This document shows positions 1 to 7,500 of a stretch of 64,000 bases of DNA, piece by piece. The stretch covers positions 19,096,001 to 19,160,000 of the forward strand of contig OZ059894.1 of NCBI GenBank assembly GCA_964057225.1, in the 5' to 3' direction. Below the pieces are notes generated by a model, which was not told the origin of the DNA, did no database searches, and worked only from the letters and a program-made list of their open reading frames with translations. Each line of letters opens with the position of its first letter. Position 1 is the first letter of the stretch. The DNA is from Auanema rhodensis (lineage: Eukaryota > Animalia > Nematoda). A program made the position numbers and the translations under genes.

Positions 1-164
1 CGAGGATATAAGTGTGAACTTATATCAGTTGATATCTGGGTGCATTTTTAAGCTAGCGCAAATATGATAACACAGATCGACGCAGCTTAAAAATCCGCAT
101 CGAATGCACTATACTACATTGAGAAACGCTTAATACAAAAATTAGTTATGATCGTTTGAAAAAT
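1..164 (+). repeat. Partial 351-bp satellite monomer, left flank of the retrotransposon
   Basis: Matches monomer positions 1-164 of the downstream array (e.g. 5481-5644). The monomer resumes at 4592 (GATCCATTAG). Confidence 0.99.
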
Positions 165-199
165 TATTCTATTTTACTAGTCTACGACGTTAAATAAGA
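165..199 (-). repeat. 3'-terminal extension (rE-like) outside the ITR
   Basis: 35 nt present only at this end. Its reverse complement is found in the ICR. Confidence 0.9.
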
Positions 200-346
200 A
201 TTATATTTATTCGAAATGCTTTATTTCGTAATAGGTCCTCACATAAAACAAACAAAAAAAAATTCAAATTATCTCTCAGGTTCCCTTTCCCACGTTTCTT
301 TGGGCGGGAAATAGTGAGAGTAAGCGATCGTCCTTATTCATTTCAG
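200..346 (-). repeat. 3' inverted terminal repeat (147 bp)
   Basis: Reverse complement of 4445-4591 with a single mismatch (T312 opposite G4479). Confidence 0.97.
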
Positions 347-592
347 GTGTCCAAAAAAGGAAGAATAGAAAGGCAGCATAACAATAACAAAATAAAAGAA
401 CAATAGTAACAGAAGGAAAGGAAAGGCTGCGGATAGCAGGCAGCATGCTAACCTATCTCTTGCGGTCGTAGTTGGTGCGTTGTGCAGGCTTGAATCTGGA
501 AAGTTATGATAAAGACATCGAAAGTGGGCGAGCTCGAGTGGAAGTCCTCAGGTTGGTTAGCGGGAGCGCAGTAGGGGTGGAGGTGGGAGATA

Positions 593-665
593 TTCGAATA
601 AATATAATTCTTATTTAACGTCGTAGACTAGTAAAATAGAATAATTATATTTATTCGAAATGCTT
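593..665 (-). repeat. Internal complementary region (ICR)
   Basis: 593-646 is the exact reverse complement of 162-215, and 644-665 is the exact reverse complement of 4570-4591. The two halves overlap on a single ATT (644-646). The ICR lies 2 bp past the YR stop codon. Confidence 0.96.
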
Positions 666-667
666 CT

Positions 668-1924
668 TCAAAAAAGAATCTTGGACTGGAACGAGGTTCT
701 TCGCTCATAGTGGGTGAAGAAGGTTTTTTCTGAAGCCCAGTTAGCCGCCTTGAGGATGTCGCCTATAGGTAGACCTTGCGCTAGTGCCTTCGAGGTCACA
801 GCCGAGCGTGTTGAGTGAGCTTTGAAGGTAGTGGGTATGCCCGCGCTGTGCAGGGTCTTTCTAATCCAACCAGAAATGGTGGTGGGTTCCACTGCTGCTC
901 CATTCTTTCTGTTAAGAAAGAGGCATCTTGTTCGGCGGAGTTCCATGGTTCGAGATAGGTATTCATTTATGCAGTTAATAGGGCACAGGTTATTGCGTGT
1001 GGGGAAGTTCTCGAACTTCGCTTCATGCGGGGGTCCCTTAGATCTGTTTTTATTGCGTTTATTTATGAAGAAAGTTAACCCTTCTGCGTCGATACGCATG
1101 TGATCTAGGGAGAAAACGGCCAATTCGCTCACCCTCTTTGGAGAGCATAGGGCCAATAGAGTGGCTAGCTTGTGAGTGAGAGACTCTAGGCTGAGTTGGA
1201 CGTTGGGGCCCAGCCTATCAAGGAAGTCCAAGACTTCGGAGGGGTCCCAGGTGTCTACGTACCTAGCCCCTGAAGGCTTCTCTCTGAACAAACCCCTCAT
1301 GAGGCGGAGGAGCAGCACGTTCTCCTTTAGGGAGGGGGAGACCCCTAGGTGATCGGCCAATGCGGATATCGCTACCTTGTGTATGCGTACTGTGGAGAAG
1401 GCCTTAGTTTGAGCGAGAAATGATAGATAGTTAGCAACCGTTACTGGGTTGGGAGTAAAAGGTATCTTCTGCTTATTGCAGTAAGCTTTCCAGTTCTTGA
1501 GAGCACAGCCGTACTGTTTGCGTGTTCCTGGGGCCCAGGATTCGTTTAGGAGTCTCTTAGTCTCTGCTGTTACTCCCTCAAAGGAGTTTGTTAAATCTTC
1601 CACGCTGCTAATTGGAAATTCGGCGACTGCAGGAGAGGATGTGGGTTTCCTTCCCGGTCGGACAGCAGGTTCGGGTGTTGGAGCAGCAAGGGAGGCTCCT
1701 TGGATCTCTCTTGGAGTAGGGGAAACCACATTTGGCTCTTCCAGAATGGTGCTATCACTATAGCCGACCTCTGGGAGCTGGCGAGCTTTCCTAAGGTCTT
1801 GTGCAGGAGGTGGAAAGGTGGAAATACGTAAAGTAATCCGTCTGGCAGCTGCTGCCAATTGAACAAGAGTGCGTTCACTCCTAATGCGGCGCAATCTGGA
1901 AAGAAGGAGTAGAAAAGGGCGCAT
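668..1924 (-). CDS. DIRS-type tyrosine recombinase (YR) with N-terminal DNA-binding region
   Basis: The ORF track starts at TTG 1936; the first ATG is at 1924 and the TGA stop is at 668-670. Motifs include SWAPGTRKQY..W..YC, catalytic R in SPKRVSEL, HSTR (HxxR), ANW and the nucleophile Tyr in FFTHY. It overlaps the 3' end of pol in another frame. The true start is uncertain. Confidence 0.93.
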   Translation of the reverse strand: MRPFLLLLSRLRRIRSERTLVQLAAAARRITLRISTFPPPAQDLRKARQLPEVGYSDSTILEEPNVVSPTPREIQGASLAAPTPEPAVRPGRKPTSSPAVAEFPISSVEDLTNSFEGVTAETKRLLNESWAPGTRKQYGCALKNWKAYCNKQKIPFTPNPVTVANYLSFLAQTKAFSTVRIHKVAISALADHLGVSPSLKENVLLLRLMRGLFREKPSGARYVDTWDPSEVLDFLDRLGPNVQLSLESLTHKLATLLALCSPKRVSELAVFSLDHMRIDAEGLTFFINKRNKNRSKGPPHEAKFENFPTRNNLCPINCINEYLSRTMELRRTRCLFLNRKNGAAVEPTTISGWIRKTLHSAGIPTTFKAHSTRSAVTSKALAQGLPIGDILKAANWASEKTFFTHYERRTSFQSKILF

Positions 1925-4413
1925 TTGGCGTTCCAAGTGGACGCGAACAGGTCTATTTTGGGTTCACCCCATTTGGAAAATATTGATCTAGTGATCTCCG
2001 GATGGAGCGACCAGTCTTCCTTCAAAATTCTGCCGCGGGACAGGCAGTCGGCAGCCGTATTGATTTTTCCCGCTATATGCGATGCTCTGATTCTGAGCTT
2101 ACGGGTATCGGCAAATTGCCATAACTCCAGTGCTAATCTAGTGCCCTTCTGGGATTGACTCCCGCCCCTACGGTTGATGTAGGCAATGGCAGAAGTATTA
2201 TCTAAGAGTAAGAGAACGTCGAGATTGAGCCAGGTCTTGCCGAACTCTGTTAGACCCTTCGTTGCTGCAATCAGCTCCAGCCAGTTTATATGGTAGTTAA
2301 AGCGTTCTGCCTCGGACCAAGATCCTGACAAGGTATTACCTTCCCACGAAGCGCCAAAACCCTCCAGGGAGGCATCTGAGGTAATGGAGTATCGGGGAGA
2401 AAAGGGCGTGAGCGAGGATACTTCTGATAGACGGGGAACGTCCTTGGTTCGAAGATCCTCCAGGATCTTTCTTAACGATCGATCTATTCTTAGAATTTGA
2501 GGGAAGGCATTGGGATCATTTACGTTCGTAATTCCTTTAAGCCGTAGGTGGAAGTGCAGTTCACGGTTTCTGAAGGAGAGGTTAGGTGCTACCAGAGACG
2601 CAAAGTTCAATTTTCCCATTAGCGAGGCTAATGCTCTTATACTCAGCTCTGATTGAGCTGTTAAACGAGTGAGAGACTCGAGCAAACCCTTTTTCTTGGC
2701 CTTTGGGAGAGACCAGCTCATCGATCTTGAATTCAGCTGAATACCAAGAAATTCTATTTCTTGTGTGGGTATCATAATTGATTTATCCCAGTTTATCGTA
2801 AAACCCGCGCGATCAAAAGTAATTAGAATCTCTGTTAGTTGGGACCTGAGACAATCAGGATCCTCCGAGATGAACAGCCAGTCATCTAAGTAGTTGATGA
2901 GATTGATCCCTTTACCCCGAAAATGGGATACCAGAACACGCATTAGCTTATGGAATATGTAGGGGGCTGAGCTCAGCCCAAAAGGGAGTGCTCTAAATAG
3001 GAAAGTGCGCCCCTCTGCTGTGAAAGCTAGGAAGGGTTGATCCTTCGGATCGATACTAATCGCGTGGTAGGCTGAATGAAAATCGATTTTGATCATGAAA
3101 TTATCCTGTCGTAGGAGCGACGGGATGTCCCGAAGGGATTCTAGCTTGAACTTGGGTACTCGGAGAAAAGTGTTCAGGCGCTTTAAATTGAGGATGAAAC
3201 GGGCCGTGCCGTCCGCCTTGGGAACGTGGAAGGTCGGGGATATGAAAACCTTCTCCCTCGGGGCGGCCTCTCGAATGGCGCCAGTGTACAGCAGTTCCTG
3301 GATATCCGACCTGGGTTGCTCCGGCAAGGTAGAGCAGATGGGTGGCAGCGATAAAGGTGGAGGTGTGCGGGCAAAGGGGAGACTATAGCCCTGAACCGCG
3401 TTAAGGATCTCCTTGTCCCTGGAGATGGACGCCCAAAAGGTTGTGGTGGAGGATACCCGGCATGCGAAAGGAAAAGTGACTAACCTCTTTCTCTGGTTAG
3501 TAGCGAACGTTGAGAAGGTAGCTTGTCTCTTGGGGGCTGAGCGTGGCCGTTGGGCATCATTCCTGCGAGGAGTTGTTCTGGAGCTTCTGGACAGTTCGGA
3601 GTACGACGATAGTTCTGCTCTGAGCTTCTTGCCAAACAGTTCGGGTGCCGAATCCTCTGGAGCGTTGTCTACCGGGATCACGGTTCCATAGATGGGGGAC
3701 TTCTTGAAGCTAGGCATGGCTCGGTAGGGTTGAGAGATCTTCATCTTGGTTAGAGCACACTCTCGCAAGTTGGTGCAGTGGGTCTTGATGTTAGCGCTGA
3801 GGAAGCGCTCCACTATGGCAAAGTATGCCTCCTGTTTTGTTGACAGACGAGAGTCCCTATCTATCCTGCCCAGCTTGCGAATTATCTTGATGTTAGAAAG
3901 AACGATTAGATCATTCTCGTATGCCGTGCGTATCTCAGCTTCGGACAGACGGATAGTGGGCTTGATGTTATTGTCCACGTGAGTAGTGTAGCGGTCGTCC
4001 AAGACCGGTAGTCGAGCGAACGGTGAGTCGATATTTGGGAGTTCCGAGATGAGCTCAGCTCTCTCGGTCGAGGACATGAGCAGTCCCGAGGCGAGTCTCT
4101 CGAAATCAGCAGTCTCGGAGGAAGATAGGCGAACGAGTGGCCTAGATCTGGGTCCGTGTGCCTCCGGTGGCATGGGGACCGTTTCGTCTTCGTCGTCCTC
4201 TGAATAGAGGTCCTCTTTCTCGGGCTGGTCCGAGTTCGGAGGTGGTGGGGAAGGAGCTTCTACCCTTCTCCTCTCGACGTGTTGACGGTCGGTGGAGATA
4301 GACGTTGGAGATGTTGAGCGTGACGATCTCGAAGAAGAAGAGCTGAAGGCTCGTACTCTTCTCGGAGAAGTTTCAGTCGGGGCTTGTCCCTGACGAGTGT
4401 GGCTTGGAGCCAT
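1591..4413 (-). CDS. Gag-like + reverse transcriptase + RNase H + Dam-like methyltransferase polyprotein (940 aa)
   Basis: ATG at 4413, TAA at 1591. RT motifs: KIDFHSAY, LPFGLSSAP, YLDD (2881-2892), EFLG. DIRS RNase H motifs: TSDAS..GFGA, HINWLEL, DNTSA, NTAADCLSR. C-terminal MT motifs: IDLFAS, YVFPPF (1813-1830), IAPFW..Q.WFP.L. The N-terminal ~290 aa (Ser/Arg/Pro-rich, then helical) are assigned as Gag by position only. Confidence 0.95.
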   Translation of the reverse strand: MAPSHTRQGQAPTETSPRRVRAFSSSSSRSSRSTSPTSISTDRQHVERRRVEAPSPPPPNSDQPEKEDLYSEDDEDETVPMPPEAHGPRSRPLVRLSSSETADFERLASGLLMSSTERAELISELPNIDSPFARLPVLDDRYTTHVDNNIKPTIRLSEAEIRTAYENDLIVLSNIKIIRKLGRIDRDSRLSTKQEAYFAIVERFLSANIKTHCTNLRECALTKMKISQPYRAMPSFKKSPIYGTVIPVDNAPEDSAPELFGKKLRAELSSYSELSRSSRTTPRRNDAQRPRSAPKRQATFSTFATNQRKRLVTFPFACRVSSTTTFWASISRDKEILNAVQGYSLPFARTPPPLSLPPICSTLPEQPRSDIQELLYTGAIREAAPREKVFISPTFHVPKADGTARFILNLKRLNTFLRVPKFKLESLRDIPSLLRQDNFMIKIDFHSAYHAISIDPKDQPFLAFTAEGRTFLFRALPFGLSSAPYIFHKLMRVLVSHFRGKGINLINYLDDWLFISEDPDCLRSQLTEILITFDRAGFTINWDKSIMIPTQEIEFLGIQLNSRSMSWSLPKAKKKGLLESLTRLTAQSELSIRALASLMGKLNFASLVAPNLSFRNRELHFHLRLKGITNVNDPNAFPQILRIDRSLRKILEDLRTKDVPRLSEVSSLTPFSPRYSITSDASLEGFGASWEGNTLSGSWSEAERFNYHINWLELIAATKGLTEFGKTWLNLDVLLLLDNTSAIAYINRRGGSQSQKGTRLALELWQFADTRKLRIRASHIAGKINTAADCLSRGRILKEDWSLHPEITRSIFSKWGEPKIDLFASTWNAKCALFYSFFPDCAALGVNALLFNWQQLPDGLLYVFPPFHLLHKTLGKLASSQRSAIVIAPFWKSQMWFPLLQERSKEPPLLLQHPNLLSDREGNPHPLLQSPNFQLAAWKI

Positions 4414-4444
4414 GGACGATCGTATGTGAGGCTCAACGAAAAAA

Positions 4445-4591
4445 CTGAAATGAATAAGGACGATCGCTTACTCTCACTGTTTCCCGCCCAAAGAAACGTG
4501 GGAAAGGGAACCTGAGAGATAATTTGAATTTTTTTTTGTTTGTTTTATGTGAGGACCTATTACGAAATAAAGCATTTCGAATAAATATAAT
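4445..4591 (-). repeat. 5' inverted terminal repeat (147 bp), probable promoter region
   Basis: Reverse complement of 200-346. It is separated from the ATG at 4413 by a 31-nt leader. The promoter role is inferred from DIRS biology. Confidence 0.96.
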
Positions 4592-4596
4592 GATCC

Positions 4597-7500
4597 ATTA
4601 GTGTATGTTGAGTTTCCATGTACACTCAACATTGCTTCCAAAAACATTTTGACAAAAATTTTTTCGAAAAATTTCAAAATAATTTAGCAAAAAGTAGATG
4701 TTTTTAGATTCCATTTTTCAAGGCAAAGACGATGGACAATGTTATTCAACGAAAAAATTAATTCTTCAGGGTGAAAATCGAGGATATAAGTGTGAACATA
4801 TATCAGTTGATATCTCGGTGCATTTTTAAGCTAGCGCAAATCTGATAACACAGATCGACGCAGCTTAAAAATCCGCATCGAATGCACTATACTACATTGA
4901 GAAACGCTTAATACAAAAATTAGTTATGATCGTTTGAAAAATGATCCATTAGTGTATGTTGAGTTTCCATGTACACTCAACATTGCTTCCAAAAACATTT
5001 TGACAAAAATTTTTTCGAAAACTTTCAAAATAATTTAGCAAAAAGTAGATGTTTTTAGATTTCTTTTTTCAAGGCAAAGACGATGGACAATGTTATTCAA
5101 CGAAAAAATTAATTCTTCAGGGTGAAAATCGAGGATATAAGTGTGAACTTATATCAGTTGATATCTCGGTGCATTTTTAAGCTAGCGCAAATCTGATAAC
5201 ACAGATCGACGCAGCTTAAAAATCCGCATCGAATGCACTATACTACATTGAGAAACGCTCAATACAAAAATTAGTTATGATCGTTTGAAAAATGATGCAT
5301 TAGTGTATGTTGAGTTTCCATGTACACTCAACATTGCTTCCAAAAACATTTTGACAAAAATTTTTTCGAAAAATTTCAAAATAATTTAGCAAAAAGTAGA
5401 TGTTTTTAGATTCCTTTTTTCAAGGCAAAGACGATGGACAATGTTATTCAACGAAAAAATTAATTCTTCAGGGTGAAAATCGAGGATATAAGTGTGAACT
5501 TATATCAGTTGATATCTGGGTGCATTTTTAAGCTAGCGCAAATCTGATAACACAGATCGACGCAGCTTAAAAATCCGCATCGAATGCACTATACTACATT
5601 GAGAAACGCTTAATACAAAAATTAGTTATGATCGTTTGAAAAATGATGCATTAGTGTATGTTGAGTTTCCATGTACACTCAACATTGCTTCCAAAAACAT
5701 TTTGACAAACATTTTTTCAAAAAATTTCAAAATAAATTAGCAAAAAGTAGATGTTTTTAGATTCCTTTTTTCAAGGCAAAGACGATGGACAATGTTATTC
5801 AACGAAAAAATTAATTCTTCAGGGTGAAAATCGAGGATATAAGTGTGAACTTATATCAGTTGCTATCTCGGTGCATTTTTAAGCTAGCGCAAATATGATA
5901 ACACAGATCGACGCAGCTTAAAAATCCGCATCGAATGCACTATACTACATTGAGAAACGCTTAATACAAAAATTAGTTATGATCGTTTGAAAAATGATGC
6001 ATTAGTGTATGTTGAGTTTCCATGTACACTCAACATTGCTTCCAAAAACATTTTGACAAAAATTTTTTCGAAAAATTTCAAAATAATTTAGCAAAAAGTA
6101 GATGTTTTTAGATTCCATTTTTCAAGGCAAAGACGATGGACAATGTTATTCAACGAAAAAATTAATTCTTCAGGGTGAAAATCGAGGATATAAGTGTGAA
6201 CATATATCAGTTGATATCTCGGTGCATTTTTAAGCTAGCGCAAATCTGATAACACAGATCGACGCAGCTTAAAAATCCGCATCGAATGCACTATACTACA
6301 TTGAGAAACGCTTAATACAAAAATTAGTTATGATCGTTTGAAAAATGATCCATTAGTGTATGTTGAGTTTCCATGTACACTCAACATTGCTTCCAAAAAC
6401 ATTTTGACAAAAATTTTTTCGAAAAATTTCAAAATAATTTAGCAAAAAGTAAATGTTTTTAGATTCCTTTTTTCAAGGCAAAGACGATGGACAATGTTAT
6501 TCAACGAAAAAATTGATTCTTCAGGGTGAAAATCGAGGATATAAGTGTGAACTTATATCAGTTGATATCTGGGTGCATTTTTAAGCTAGCGCAAATCTGA
6601 TAACACAGATCGACGCAGCTTAAAATTCCGCATCGAATGCACTATACTACATTGAGAAACGCTTAATACAAAAATTAGTTATGATCGTTTGAAAAATGAT
6701 GCATTAGTGTATGTTGAGTTTCCATGTACACTCAACATTGCTTCCAAAAACATTTTGACAAAAATTTTTTCGAAAAATTTCAAAATAATTTAGCAAAAAG
6801 TAAATGTTTTTAGATTCCTTTTTTCAAGGCAAAGACGATGGACAATGTTATTCAACGAAAAAATTGATTCTTCAGGGTGAAAATCGAGGATATAAGTGTG
6901 AACTTATATCAGTTGATATCTGGGTGCATTTTTAAGCTAGCGCAAATCTGATAACACAGATCGACGCAGCTTAAAAATCCGCATCGAATGCACTATACTA
7001 CATTGAGAAACGCTTAATACAAAAATTAGTTATGATCGTTTGAAAAATGATGCATTAGTGTATGTTGAGTTTCCATGTACACTCAACATTGCTTCCAAAA
7101 ACATTTTGACAAAAATTTTTTCGAAAAATTTCAAAATAATTTAGCAAAAAGTAGATGTTTTTAGATTCCTTTTTTCAAGGCAAAGACGATGGACAATGTT
7201 ATTCAACGAAAAAATTAATTCTTCAGGGTGAAAATCGAGGATATAAGTGTGAACTTATATCAGTTGATATCTGGGTGCATTTTTAAGCTAGCGCAAATAT
7301 GATAACACAGATCGACGCAGCTTAAAAATCCGCATCGAATGCACTATACTACATTGAGAAACGCTTAATACAAAAATTAGTTATGATCGTTTGAAAAATG
7401 ATCCATTAGTGTATGTTGAGTTTCCATGTACACTCAACATTGCTTCCAAAAACATTTTGACAAAAATTTTTTCGAAAAATTTCAAAATAATTTAGCAAAA

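Larger units (their letters stand above)
162..4591 (-). mobile_element. Full-length DIRS1-like tyrosine-recombinase retrotransposon (net 4,427 bp)
   Basis: Monomer start CGAGGATAT at 1 recurs at 4779, which is 351+4427. The element has inverted terminal repeats (200-346/4445-4591), a terminal extension (165-199), an ICR (593-665), an RT/RNaseH/MT ORF and a YR ORF. AAT is present at both junctions (162-164, 4589-4591) and no target bases are lost. This is the established DIRS1-group architecture. Confidence 0.97.

Noticed and set aside
162-164. AAT as a classical target-site duplication
   Set aside because: The ICR shows the element junction already carries this triplet, so it is better explained as a recombination core.
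668-1936. Prophage or bacterial integrase
   Set aside because: The context (RT/RNase H, ITRs, ICR, satellite) identifies a eukaryotic DIRS element.
822-3982. Short plus-strand ORFs and the nested 63-aa minus ORF
   Set aside because: Antisense or alternative-frame shadows of the pol and YR genes with no motifs.
4474-4677. 67-aa ORF crossing the satellite-ITR junction
   Set aside because: Chance read-through created by the insertion, made of non-coding repeat sequence.
5130-5480. Monomer as an ancient dimer of ~175-bp subunits
   Set aside because: Only short A/T-rich similarities (AAAAATTAGTT vs AAAAATTAATT) and no convincing alignment by eye. A self dot-plot would be needed.
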